Positions 46,001 through 61,000 of a DNA stretch of 64,000 nt are shown one piece after another. How positions within the stretch are numbered: position 1 is the first letter of the stretch; each line of letters starts with the position of its first letter. The notes under the pieces are model-generated. The model did not search any database. It was not told where the DNA came from and was given only the letters and a program-made list of their open reading frames with translations. The DNA lies in contig JACKGH010000001.1 of NCBI GenBank assembly GCA_020632075.1, positions 131,216 through 195,215 on the forward strand. Reading direction: 5' to 3'. Origin of the DNA: Candidatus Nomurabacteria bacterium. GTDB lineage: Bacteria > Patescibacteriota > Minisyncoccia > Phycocordibacterales > UBA918. The translations under genes were made by a program, and so were the position numbers.

Positions 46001-49000
46001 GGAGCAAATGATCCTGGCAAGGCGTACTTCGGTACGGATGGTGACTCTGTTGTCTACACTGCTGGTCACCAGGTCATATCTACAAATGGTGTGCCATTCT
46101 ACGTTACGTACGAGGATGTGTCAGTTGAGCAAGATGAAAAGAACATAATGGGTACTGTGCAAGGACGAAAAAGTAGTGGTGAGTTTGCTTCATATGTATT
46201 TGGTCCTCAAGAACTTGCTATAGATGCCGAGTGGGAGCAGTTATCCTTCATGTGGTATGAAAATACAGCTGCGGTAACCCCGACTACACCATGGCAAATT
46301 GGCACTGAAGGAGTGACTGAAGGTGTGGCTATTACTGGTGCAGGAGCTGTTGACAATGGAGATGTACTGCGATTGCGTCTAAATCTAGAGGCAAGTAATG
46401 CAACTGGTTCAGTAGATACGAATGCCTTTACGCTTCAGTATGCAGCTGCAGCAAGTGGGCAGTGTGATTTGGTGACAGCGTGGTTTGACCTTGGTGAGCA
46501 AGGGAGTACAACAGCCTCGTTTTCTGGCTACAATAACGCTGGGGTGGCGGATGGTGCTACACTCCCAAGCACGCTCCTGACCGACACAACTATCTCGGGT
46601 ACGTACGAGGAGCGAAATTACTCAGATTTCTTGCCGAGTGACGTTCCGGTTGGTGATGTAGTCGAATATGATTGGGTGATTGAGGCAACAAACGTGAGTG
46701 TTAACACTAATTACTGCTTCCGTTTGACACGAGCTCAAGGATCTGCGCTTGAGATATACACGACGTATCCTGAGCTTGAAACAGTTGGTCCACCAAATGT
46801 TCCAACATTGCTTGTCTTTTTCGATAATGAACGCACAACCGTCTTAACTCCGGTGCTGGAGTTTACTACGGTTGACATTGCAGACGATGATATCAATTAT
46901 CAAGTTCAGGTAGACGATGACTATGACTTCAGTTCAACTGTTATTGATAAGAATTCAGACGATAACTTTACTTTGTTTGAAAATATCAACACTCCTTCCG
47001 ATAAAGCCCCGTTTACTTCTGGAGCACGAATTCGGTTTACGGCCCTCACCGCGCTTTCACCAACGACGACATACTACTGGCGTGTCCGTGCCGATGATCC
47101 AAATGGTTCTGCTACTTCTAGTGCGTGGTCAACACCGTTTAGCTTCACAACTGACACAACACTGACTGTTTCGGAGTGGTTCCAGACTACTGACGAGCAA
47201 TTTAATACAAACACTAATAGTGGGGTGACTATTGGTAGCGATCAGGTTGCTGTAAGTGCTAGTCCAGGCACTGTTGTGAGTACTGCAATTGATTTCGACG
47301 ACGCAACACTTGGTAATGCTTGGGGTGAGCTTGACTGGAATGACACTGAAACCAGTGGCTCCATCACGTATCAAATTGAGTACAACAACAATGGCAGTTG
47401 GACGCTAGTGCCTGATTCAGTATTACCTGACAATAGTACTGGTACTTCTACTGGGCCAATCAGCTTGCTAGACCTTGATACCAGCACATACAACGAAATT
47501 CGTGTAGTAGCCACTCTCACCGGCACGACTCTCTCAATACAAGATTGGGTGGTTCGATGGGGCTTGCGCGTAGAGACTCCGACCCAAGGTGATCCATTTG
47601 ATAATCAGAAGGTTCCAACGACAACACCAGTGTTTGATTTTGTGTCGAGCGACCCGCAAGGTGATGATCTTGAGTATGAAATCTCATTTAGTACAGATAT
47701 TGATTTTGTAGCAGCATCAACCACGTACAACTCTAGCACCAGTCCGCAGTTTGCTAATACTCTAGATGGTGGAGACACGTCTCCGTTTACTACTGATCAG
47801 ACAATTACCTTCAGTACTCCATTTGGAACTCCGTTTACAAACGGTGCTACGTACTGGTGGCGCACTCGCGCTAAGGATCCAAATGGTGGTGATTCGTGGT
47901 CTCCATGGTCGCAACCTGATTCGTTCACGGTCGATACTGCGGTTACGCTTTCGACTTGGTACCAAACAACTCAGGCGCAGTTTGAGCAAGGGGAATTGAC
48001 TGGGGTGGTTGCTTCAACGAGTGATTCAGTTGTTGTTAGTGGTGAAATTGGTGAGTACGGCACAGCAGTAGTTACAAATAACAATTGGCTCACCATTAAC
48101 ACCCTGCGCTCATACACTGATATGGTGGTGGTTGCTTCGGCTGAGTTTGACGGCTCTTCGCATGGCAATAGTCGTACGCCACGGATACGCAACAAAACAA
48201 CTGATAGTTTTGAGATCAAGGTTGATGATTATACAGACGGCTTCACAGGCTCAACCATTGTCGACTACATAGTCATGGAAGCAGGAGATTGGACCATCGC
48301 AGATGGAGGTTCTGGTACCCGCGTACTGGCTGGTACAGAGGCTGATGTCTCCGACGTTCAGATCGATACATATAACGATACGACTGGTGTAACAATCAAC
48401 TTCAGTCCAGCGTTCTCAACTCCGCCGGTGGTGCTCGCAACAGTCTCTAGTAACAACGACAGCAATTGGATTGCGACTCATGTGGACGGAGGAAGCACGC
48501 GTGATGGCGAGGTTACAGCATCAACTATGCGTCTCGCGCTCGCGGTAAGTCGCCATACTACGAGTGCACATTCGGGACCTGAAGACATTGACTACATAGT
48601 CATGGCGCCTCAGAACAACGGTACCAACAACAGTGTGCAATTTGAGGCGTTTAATTCAAACGACGCTGTTGACGACGTGCCAACCAATGGTGGCTACTCA
48701 CAGACATTCCCGACTGCCTTTGCAAGCGCACCAGCTGTAACGGTCGTCCACAATAACGCAGAGGACGGTGGTAACGGAGGTTTCGCGCTTAAAGACACCT
48801 CTGGCACGCAGAACGGAACTTCAATCTTCATGAGTATTCTAGAAGATGGTGCGTCAGCTGATCAGCATACGCAGGAAGTTGTAAGTGTGATCGCTTTCCA
48901 GAATAGTTCTGGTCTTATTGATCGACATAATACTGGAGCACTGAGTGGCACGATCGCAGGTGAAGATATTATCTTTAGTGATGGAGCTGGCCCGAAGTTT

Positions 49001-52000
49001 GATAATTTCTCCTGGAGTAGCACCACGGCAGGTACAAGTGATCTTACAGTGCAGATACAATACCGAGTGAGTGAAGGCGTGTATGCGCTTGTCCCAGATT
49101 CTCAAATACCTGGCAACAGTAGCGGCATAAACAGTGGTCTAATTGACCTGACTAGTGTCGACATAAATACGTACCCAGTTATTCGGGCGTACGCAACGCT
49201 GACGTGTGGCGGGGGTGGTTGTCCGACTTTGGATGATTGGCAGCTCGAGTGGGGTGAAGGAGTCAATATGTCGGGCACAATCAAGGAGTATGATCGCATA
49301 ACTAATGTTACGTCAGGTACGGTGCGTGCGGCAGTTAATGGATCGCTTGTTGCTGGCACCGGATCGATCAGCGCGGGAACGTGGACAATGAGTAATGTTA
49401 CTGCCTTTGCAGGAGACATTGTGACGGTGTGGGTTGATGGTGCCGCAGAGGCTAATGAAGCTGTTGCCGCCTTTGTGTACGACGGAACTGGTGACATCAC
49501 CGGAGTTGAGATGTTTGAACAACATCTCTCAATTTCAGCTGATGAAAATGGTACTACCACCAATGCGTTGCTCGGACTCAACGACAGTACCGCAATCGGT
49601 GATGAAGACATTTTCTACCAGGTTGACGGATTCAATAATCTCACTGTGTGTGGTCAAGGGACCTGTACTGATGCCAATTTGTATGTTGGCTCAGGTAACA
49701 TTTACATTCCAAATAGTGCTGGAGGTGTTGTTACGAATACACATGATTTTGTAAATGATGGTTTTATTGAGCTTGATAGTAATACCTTCAATATTTCTGG
49801 TTCCTGGTACAACAACGCAACCTCATCAAATGATACTTCTACAATTAACCTCACTGCGTCTACCGGAACAGAAACCATCGTGAGCAGCGAAGATCCATTA
49901 GCCTTCCATAATCTAAGTTTTGGTAGTGGTGCGGGTGGTGCGACATTTACCATCGCTGCAGATCTAGATCTTTCAGGAAATCTTACAGTAGCGAGTGGTA
50001 CATTGGCGCGTGATGGGTATGATTTCACCGTTGCTGGCAATATTACAAATGGAACTGGAGGATATTGGAGTGGTACGGGAACCACAACCTTTGACGGCTC
50101 TGGCAGCAAGACCTGGACCGATAACAATCCTGCTACTCAGAATATCGGTAATGTGGTCGTTGATGGGGCGAGCACCTTCCTAACGGTTACTACGGATGTG
50201 GCCGCATATGATGTCGTTATCGGTGCAAACGATACGTTAGCTGGTGGCAATAATACTATTTACGTCGGCGGTGACTGGGTCAATGCAGGTACGTTCAATG
50301 CTGAGTCAAGTACAGTTGAGGTAACAGTTGACGACCGTACGTACCCGCCGATTATCCCCGGTTCTGCGGACTGGTATGCAGATACAGCTTTCACTGACCG
50401 TATTCCGGTCGTGATTCAAGACAGTGAAGTGCCGGGCACGCTTACCAATTTCCCGGTGTACGTGGACCTTTCTCACTTAGGTGATGACTTCTGGAGCGAT
50501 GTGCAAAGCGACGGTGACGATATCCGTATTACTAGAAGTGATGGTCAGACTGAGTTGCCGTACGAGATAGTGTCGTTTGACCCGACAAACAAAACTGGTG
50601 AATTGCACTTCTTGGCTAACTCTATCAGTGGTACAGCGACTACAACGTTCTACCTGTATTACAACAATCCAAGCGCGAGTGGTTACCTTGTCTCTGGCAC
50701 ATACGGACGAAACGCGGTTTGGTCTGAGTACACTGCTGTGTACCACATGCATGATGATCCAACGACCATCGGTAATCAAGTGACCGACGCTACTGGTAAT
50801 GGGTATGATTTGCTTGTGGAGACAGAAGCTCTGGCTACTTCGACTGGACAGCTTGGTTACGGTATCTCGTTAGTAGGGGTAAGCGGTTTGCTGCGTGCGT
50901 CTGACTTCCAGTGGACAACAGGTAGTCCACTTACAACGTCTGGCTGGTACAAGATGCCTGCTGCCTCAGGTGAAGCTATCTGGCAGTTTGGTACCGGCGC
51001 AGATCCAGATCAGCTGTTCTTCCGCCCATGGTACGCCACCAACAATGGTGAGTTTGATTTTGGTAACACTACTGGTGATACATACACATTCTCGCCGCGT
51101 GATACCTCTAACTGGAACCATTTCTTCACACTAGGTGCGACTTCTACCAGTGACTTTAACTATGTCTATCACGACAATATTCTTCGAGAGTCACAGGCTC
51201 AGACTGTGGCTAATCCTGGTAATACAAACGGAACTGGTTTGCAGATCGGTCGACAAGGAACCACAGGCTCACTCGAGGCTGAAATTGATGAATTGCGTTT
51301 TGCCGCCCTGCTTCGCGACACGGATTGGATGACTGCTGAGTACAACAACCAGTACACGCCGCAAAATTTCTATGCGACGAGTTCGATTGAATCATATGTT
51401 GCAGATCTGGTTATCGATGAAGCAACTCACAATATTACTGCAGGAGGCTCAGCTTTCAATCACATTACATTTGACGATGCTACGACCACTCCTGCGTTCA
51501 CTGAAGCATCGGTGGTGGTGAATGGGGACTTCACAGTGGCGACTGGTACCGTAACATTGCCAAATAGTAAGCTGACTGTTGGTGGTTCATTCATCAACAA
51601 TTCATACTTCATGCACAATAATGCCGAAGTTGAGTTCATAAGTAACGGCGCTGCTACGATCACATTGAACGGAACGCAGTTCTTCAACGCTCTGTATGAT
51701 GTGACATTCGACGGATCAGGTACATTTACTTTCACTGACGCGAACGCAACAACAAGCGGTGATCTGATCATCGATGACGGTACTGTTGTTTTCCCATCAG
51801 GCACTCTCAGTATAGGGGGCACACTACAGAACACCGGCGGGTCATTTAATGCAAACGGAGGCTTGGTAGTATTTGCGTCACTTGAAAATGAGAGTGTGAT
51901 GACTGGTGGTTCATCATTTGCAGATGTGTCCTTTGGACAGAGTGGTGTTAGTGCGGGGTGGTACGATCCAGCATGGGATAATAGAATCTACATTCAGATC

Positions 52001-55000
52001 GCATCAACGTCAGTTCCGGGAGCTCTGTCTAACTTCCCAGTGTATGTTGATCTTGGATCTCTTGGAGCAACGTTCTGGTCGGCAGTTGCTTCAGACGGTG
52101 CTGACATTCGAGTTACAACAGCTGACGGTAGTACAGAAGTGCCAGTTGAAGTCGTTGAGATCGATCCAGGCACCAAAACTGGCGAATTGCACTTCTTGGC
52201 ACCATTACTATCAGGTATCGCTGATACAAGTTTTTATCTATACTTTGGGAACACCTCGGCTGAACTGCCCGCTGCAAACAGCGTGTACGGTTCAGAAAAT
52301 GTGTGGGTTGGATATGAAGCGGTATACCACTTCAATGAAGATCCAACATTTGGTGTAACTGACGTCACTGGCAACGGTAAAGACTTGGCGCCAACAGTCG
52401 GTACGCCGTCGACTACGGCTGGTTTACTGGGCGTAGCTCTCGATACTACAGCTACAAACGTTATGATGGAAGATTCTGACTGGGCCTGGCAATCTGGAGA
52501 TGACCTTATTTCATCAGGTCTCTACTTCCAGAACAACTTTGACACAGGAGCATTGTGGGAATTTGGTACTTCATGTGCCACAGATGATTGTTTGGCGTTT
52601 CGACCTTGGTATGACAATGCGACACGAGGGTATCACAACTTTGGTGAAACGACGGGAACTGACTACAACTTCACACGAGACAATTCCGTATGGCACCACT
52701 TTACGACTATTGGCCGTGCTGCCAATGGTGAGTCGGTAGAGATTTATGAAGATGCCGTGCAGCGAGATGTGTACACGCAGTCAGGATCAGGAGAAAACCC
52801 CTCACAGACCGGTCTCCAGATTGGACGCTTTACTACTAACACATACATGGATATTGATATCGATGAGCTGCGTTTTGCAACAACGGTACCAAGCTCTGTC
52901 TGGATCGAGACTGAGTACAACAACTTGACCGATGTGGCTAATTTTTACAGCACATCGTCACAAGCGTATTTGGAAGTAGTGCCGTCATTTACTCTTAGTG
53001 AGTCTATTACTGATGTCAATGGTGATGTCTCGATCTACTTCTCAAATTTGGTGGCACCAAGCAATAATTTTACCATTGGTGGCTCCGCTCAGAATACTGG
53101 TGGATCGTATGATCCAAATAATGCGACGACAACATTCGACAGTAATGACACTGGCGAGACTTTTGATTTTGGGGATGTTTCTTTTTACAACCTTGCGTTT
53201 GACGGAGTTGGTGGCGGTTGGACTGTTTCGACAACGACAGTTCTAGCGAATCTTACCCTTGCAAATGGTGCTAGCTATACTCAGGCAACCAACACAACAA
53301 TGGCAGTAGGTGGTATCTTCTCAAATCAATTTGCAGCTGCTGCAACAGATTGGACTCAAAGTACGCTGGCTCTGTCAGGTGGGGATTATACAGTAACAGG
53401 ACGGCTAGATTCTGGTGACAGTTACGCAACAGTTATCGTGTTGGGTGATACTGATATTGTCATCTGGAATTCAAGTATTGCGACAACATCAGTCCGCGAT
53501 ACTTCATCAATTTACCTTCCAGATTACAATAACAGCGATGGGGTGTTGAGAATTTATGGTGACTATATCCGCACTAGCGGCAGTGAGTATTGGTCGTATG
53601 CGACTGACTTTGATGGTACTGATCTCACTGGAGGTGGTGAGCGACAAGTAACCGTCCAGCTTGGTCATGGTGCAAGTGTGCAAATGGCAACGGGAACCAC
53701 GTTGGGTGTGATCGGTGCAAGCGGTGCTACCACTTCGGTCTCTGCGATCTCCGGAATATACTCACTGTCTGTTAATGCTGGTACAGTTGCTGTTGACTAT
53801 GCTTCATTCCAAAATACCGGCAAAATTGGCTTGGCACTTACGGGCGGAACATCAGTCTCTACCCTGACGCGTGCTGCATTTTCAGTTGCTGGCGGTCGCT
53901 CAGGTATCACTGTAGATGCAGATACGGTTAATGCGCAGCCGTCATCTGAGTTCGGAAGCGTGTACTTCGCAACTTCTTCTGCAAACAGTATTTACGAGCC
54001 AGCTTGGAATGATCAAGTAGTTGTTACTGTGCCGTCAGGGGTGGTTAGTGAGACAATGACTGAGTTCCCGTTGTATGTTGATCTTTCAACTTTGGGTGCT
54101 GGTTTCTGGGCGGGAGTTCAGTCTGACGGTCGAGACATTCGTGTGACCACTGATGCGGGAGTTGAGTTGCCAATCGACCTAGTTGAAATTGATAGCGCTG
54201 CACAGACTGGTGAATTGCACTTCTTAGCACCAGAACTATCGACTGTTAATGACACAGCATTCTACATCCACTTTGATAATCCTGCCGCAACAGCATATGG
54301 TGCAGATGATGAATATGGCGCAAATGCTGTATGGGTAAATTACGAAGCGGTGTACCACTTTGATGAAGATCCATCAATTCAGATTACTGATATGACAGGG
54401 AATGAACGCAACCTATTTCCAACTGTTGGTGCTGCGGCTACAACGTCTGGCCAGATAGGTACGGCGATCGATATGACAGCAGGAAATGTTACGTTGCAAA
54501 GTATTGGCTGGACGTGGCCAGCTGGTCAAGATCTAATTTCTTCAGGTTTGTACTTCCAGTCAGCGGCTGATACAGGAGCATTGTGGGAATTTGGAACTAG
54601 TTGTGTTGCTGATACCTGTATTGCGTTCCTACCGTGGTACACCGGTACTACTGGGTATAACCGCTTTGGTGAACTGACTGGTAGCGACTATGCCTTTGCT
54701 CGCAACAATACCATCTGGCATCATTTCACGACAATTGGCCGGTCTGCAGATACAGAGTCTGTTGATATTTATGAGGACAACATATTGCGCGATACGTATC
54801 CGCAGACCGCTAGTGGTGAAAATCCTTCACAGACCGGTCTCCAGATCGGTCGGTATACAGGTGGTACATACATGGATATCGATATCGACGAATTGCGCTT
54901 TACAACATCTGAACCATCGACTGCGCGCATTGATGCTGAGTACAATAACCTTTTGACACCTAGCGCTTTCTATGCGACCAGTGCCGCGCAGACATTCCAG

Positions 55001-58000
55001 TACAACGTTTCAGTCGATGGCGTTCCTTCTACTTTTTGGCTTTTCTCAAATGGTTCAGGCAATTTATACGGTGAAGCATTTGATAATGATGATGGAGATC
55101 CGGGTTCGATTCAGTGGGATGATAGTAACTTCGCAATTACGATCTCAGGTATCGTGTTCCAAGATGATGGCGTGACTCCAGAAACGTACCCAGTATGTAA
55201 CGGTTCTACCGAAGTTGTAACTGTTGTGCTTGATGGTACTGATACATACACTGCACCATGTGATCCGTTTGATGGTAGTTATGCTGTTACTGGTATCACG
55301 TATACTGGTGAGCCTGAGATAGTTACGTATCTTGAAAGTAGCGCTGCAACGCCGCAGGTCAATGTGTCAATTTACGATGAGACTACTGGTACTGGCACAG
55401 TGGGGGGCGGTGTAATGACAGTGAGTCGGCCAAGTGTAGTTGATGGGTCGGTGTTGGTGCTGATTGCCGGTAAAGATGATGATCCGACTATCACTGAGCC
55501 AGCCGGTTGGACCGCAATCGATACCTTGGGTAATACTACGGGTGATCAAATTGATACCGGTGCCTGGTACAGAGTGGTAGCTGATGCAAGTACGGAACCC
55601 GCCACATACGATTTTACTGCTGATAACGGTGAGGGATTTAGTTATTGGATGGGTTCATTAATAAATGTTGATACAAGCACACCGATTGATGTGGCGAGTA
55701 CCTGGACGAAGTTACAGAATCAATATGCAGCAGTTTCTCCAGAAGTGACCACGGTTACCAATGGTGCCTTAGTACTTTCTGCTTGGTATACCTATCGTGA
55801 TACCGAAACTGTGCCACCAGTTTATGCATGGGAGAGTCGAGCTGACAATTTGGTAGGTCCTGAAACGAACAACTTGAGCGTTGCATCGCTTGCGATGCCA
55901 ACTGCTGGGGCAACTGGTGATGCAACCACCACAGGTATCATTGCAAGTCGTGAGACACATGTAGGTCAGTTTGTGTTCCGTCCTGCGGCAAGTCCAACAG
56001 GCAGTAGTTCGGCAATTGCGGCAGCAGTCACAAAGACACCGCTTGGTAATAGTGGTTCTCCGTATGGCGTGGTGATGTTGCGAGACCAGGCAAATGATTA
56101 CGGCACTGTTGCTGCAGCAGCTGATATTGTTGTACCAAGTCCACATGTTGAAAATGGTGATGTGCTAGTGGTGGTGATTGGTAAGGAAGACGACTTCAAT
56201 ATTACAGCGCCATCTGGTTGGGTGCTTGGTTCTGAACGAATCGAGGCTACCGGTAATGATATGTACACTGCAATCTGGTATCACGTAGTGACCAATGCTG
56301 GATTAGAGCCGTCGACTTACAACTTTACGAGTAATGATACTAGTGTTGAGGAGTACTCATACTGGATCGGGTCATTTGATGGGGTAGATACGACAAATAT
56401 TTTTGATGTTTCTCCGTCATGGAGTAATCTCCAAAACGATTCTTCACCTGCTGCACCGGCAGTTACCACCGTGACGGATGGAGCCTATGTGCTTGCTGCG
56501 TGGTACGTCATTGATGATTCAAACTTGGATATGCCAGGCACTCCTTGGGACACGCTTGTTCAGGACGCTGTCACTAATAATCGCCTCTTGGCTCTGGCAG
56601 GCCGCTCAATGCCATCATACGGCAATACCGGCGCAGCTGTGATTACCGGTGGTAGCACTGACGACGTGAATACTGGACAGTTTGCACTTCGTCCTGCTGC
56701 CATATCAGTCCCGAGTGAAATCGCTGATATGGATCTGTACGAGAATCGAGTTATCGTGCGTCATGAAGATTCAGCACCGCTTACTATTGCTGACATGGTG
56801 ATCTTTGATAACAGTGATGATGTTGATCTCCCATTTAGTGCTACTGCCGGATCTCCTGATGACCTCGCTATACTGCCAGGCAGTGGTCTTTACGTGTGGA
56901 ACAATAAAGAATTCGCTCCATACGGAACAATTGATCTCCAGGGTAACGGTACCACTACGGCTGATGGCTCATTGGCAATCGGTGCGGGGGCGACCTTCAC
57001 CAGTTCAAGTACCCATAGCATTACTATCGGCGGCTCATTCCATGGTGAGACAGGTGCTACCTTTACTGGTGCTTCAAGTTTGGTGACCTTCACATCGACC
57101 TCAACTGGACAAACTATAACCTCGTCTGCAAGTTCTACCTTTACTTTTTACGATCTTGCGTTCACGGGAACTGGAGGTGAGTGGCGCGTATTGACTCCTA
57201 TCACAGCCCAGACTGACATTCTTGTGGCTGATGGTACGCTTTCCGGTATTGCAAATGTAACAGTTACTAATGGTTCTCTCTACGGTGATGGTCTTGTTGA
57301 TATGACCGGAGGCACGACAAGAATCAATAATACAAACACACTAGGTGGTTCTAACGAATGGAATTTCTATAACCTAACGCTCGGTAGTGGCTCTGTTGCC
57401 GGTGTTACTACTCGCGCCTCAAATGCGACAACTACAGTACGTAACATTCTTACGATTTCTACGGCGCACTTCCTTGATGCTTTTGGTTCTGTGTGGGATA
57501 TTCAAGGAAACGGCAACACGTTTGTTGAGAGTGGAACCTTCCTCGAAGGAACGAGTACCATTCGATATAGTGGTGCGACACCAAATGTCTTGCGTACTAC
57601 ATATAGAAACTTAGTCATTGATACTGAAAGTGGCGGTAGTGTCACTGCGGCTGCGCCTAGTACTGGATTACAGGTCTTGGGCAATCTAACCGTTGGTGCG
57701 CTTGGTACTTCGACTCTTAATCTAAACACCAATGACCCTGTAACTGCTGTTGGTGGATCGGTGCATATTGGCACGCTTGGCTCACTGCTTGGAAGTAACT
57801 CAGCACTTTTGACTGTGCTCGGTAACTGGGATAACGACGGAACCTTTACTGCGAATGGTGGAACAGTCCAGTTCTCTAAGTCTGGTGGTAGCGCATCGGT
57901 TGCTGCGGGCGGATCATCATTTGCAAATGTCAATGTTCTTGGTACTGCGACATACACCTTTACAGAGAGTGCTACTGCAACAGCGAGTTTCACATTGAAT

Positions 58001-61000
58001 ACTGGCTCATTTACTTTAGCGAGCGGGGAGGCTTTGGCGGTTGGTGGCTCGTTCACGAACAGCATGTCAGACACAAACACAACCTGGACCAACACAACTT
58101 TGAGTTTATACAGTGGAACGGCATATGTAATAAATAGTAAGTCTACAGGCGATGCGTATGAGAATGTAGTTGTATCAAATAATACGCATCCTCGATTCTG
58201 GAATTCGACCACTACCGCAGTTACCACAGCAGCTGGAAGTTCGCTATATTCAATGGATCATCAAGGTGTTGACGGATACTTGTATATTTATGGTGATCTG
58301 ATGAGTGACACATACGACGATCATTGGAGCTACGCGACAGACTTTGATGGAACTGCACTTGGCGGTTCGTCACGTCAGGCGGTTGTAGAGATCGAGAGCG
58401 GAGGTTCGGTTTTGTACACAAGTGGTTCGCTTTCTGTCATTGGCGCTGATACAGCTTCAACAACCATCTCAGCAACGAGCGGAACCTACGAAATGACACT
58501 TGCAGGTGACACTGATGTGGTAATGAATTACTACGTGGTGCGAGACACTACGAGCGATGGTCTCATCTTCACCGGTGTGCCGAATGTTTCGGATCTGTCA
58601 TATGGTGATTTTGAAGTGGCGATTGCAGGCGGCTCGACCATGACAGTGGGTGGCATGGTAATCGACGTAAATCCAGCACAAGAATACAACTACATCAGTA
58701 TGGCAACTACGACAGCGATAAGTGCCTTCAACGTAACTGCAACTGGAACCAGTGCGAGTGCGTGGCGTTATGTGAACATATACGGGAACCTTGGCGGTGA
58801 AGCAAAAGATGTTGATCCGGGGGGAGATCCTGGCTACATCACTTGGCAAGATTCAGCTGCTATTATCAACATCTCTGGTACTGTCTACAGTGATGAAGGT
58901 TCATCACCAATGGGTGCGACGGTTTGTGATAGTTCTACAAATAGTATTCGCCTCAGCGTGAATGGTTCAACCTTCTACGACACGACATGTGCTATTGGTA
59001 CGGGTGTGTATTCATTTACAGGTGTTAGTTATGGCTTGGGCAATACGTTGACTGTGTATATTAATGGAGAGGCTGAAAAGGCTACAACCATCACTCAAGA
59101 TCCGATTTCTTCAATTAACAATTTTGATTTGTATGAAGATCGAGTCATCATTAAGCATGAAGCTGCGGCTCCGATGACAGTGGCTGATATGGGCACATGG
59201 GATAGTGACGATGACCCCGATGTACTATTCGATGTTGAGACAGCGGGCGGCGACTCTTTGACACTCCCATCAGATACAAAATTGATCGTATGGAACAATA
59301 AGCAATTTGATCCAAATGGCGACGTCACTATCTCTGGAGGTGGTGCTGGAGGAGCGCATGATGGAACGTTTGAGCTTCGAACGGGCGCAACCTTTAGTGG
59401 CGGCTCTGGCGAGGTGTACACGATCGGTGGAAGTCTCATTTCTGGATCAAGTGCAGTCTTTAATCCAGGACAGTCAACCACCACGTTCACAACATCGGGT
59501 GCAGCAAGAACTATCGATACAAACGAAAGTGGATTCTACAATCTTGAGCTTAACGGTAGTGGTAGCTGGACAGTTTCAGACACAAACCTTTCAGTTGCAG
59601 GTGATTATGTGCAGTCAACTGGATCAATTACTTTGCCGGCTGCGACAACCACCATCGGCGGATCTTTCACAGTTAGTGGCGGTACATTCGACGCAAATAG
59701 CGGCGTTCTTGCGTTCACAGCGAGTGACGCAGGGAATGATGTCTCCTTTAATGGATCAGATGCTGCAACTGTGTTCTTTGCTGGAGCAGGTAGTTGGTCG
59801 ATGTCAGATGTGAGAGCAACAACAACGGCTGACTTTATTGTAGCAAACGGTACAGTGACACTCCCAGGTGGAACGATAACTGTTGATGGAAATTTTGTGG
59901 TGCTCGATACGGTGCTGCACAACAACGGTCTGGTGAAGCTTATCGATACGGCTGGTAGCTCAATCCTTACACTTAGCGGCAGTGATCTGTATAGCGTTGA
60001 TGTTCAGGCGGGTGGTGGTGACTACACTTTGTCTGATGCGTCAGCGGCACTTCTTGGTGATCTGACAATCACTTCAGGCACTTTCACTGCTGGTGCTGGC
60101 ACGCTGTCTGTTGCTGGTTCCTTTGACACGAGTGCTGCAGTGTTTGCACACAATAATGGTACCGTCTTGTTCAACTCAAGTGATACTGGAGAAACGGTCG
60201 ATCTGGGTGACAATGCTCTCTATAATGCAACCTTCGGTAGTCTAGCTGGTGGCTGGACAGTGTTGAGTAATGCAACGACCACACGTAACTTTGCACTCAC
60301 TGGAGCGACTTCGTTCACCATGAGTTCAGGAACTCGCTTGTACGTTGGTGGAGTCTTCACCAATCTCGTTGGTGGTAGTGCGACTGACTGGCAAGGTACA
60401 CGCATAGTACTTGACGGAGCCAATGAGTACGAAATTGGTGGTAAACTGATCAGTACTGAGCAATACAATATTCTTGAGATTGGTGCAAACAGTGATATTA
60501 GTACTTGGAACACTGCTGCGACCGCGACCGTAGTTGCTGCGACCGCCTCATGGTATTCGCAAGATCATGCTGGTACTGATGGTGCGTTAAACATTTATGG
60601 TGATTATCACATTGCCACTACGACTGAATACTGGAACTACTCGACAGATTTTGATGGAACTGCTCTTGGTGGTTCGTCACGACAGGCTATGGTTTCAATT
60701 GCGGGCGGTGCAGCAGTGACTCTCGATGGTGGTGTGCTCAATATGCTTGGCGGCTCAGGTGCAACGACATCAGTAACTAATCAGGGTTCTGGTACGTACA
60801 CCTTTAGTGCGACAGATGGTATCTTGAATGCTGATACCTACTCCTTCCGAAATCTCGATGCAGCTGGTCTGCAGTTGCTCGGCACGCTAATGATCACTTC
60901 TTTGGATGATGGTGATTTTGAACAGGCAGCAAACGGCGGGACATTAATTACACTAGCGTCGACGACGTTGGACACAAACGCGTCACTACTCATTACAGAT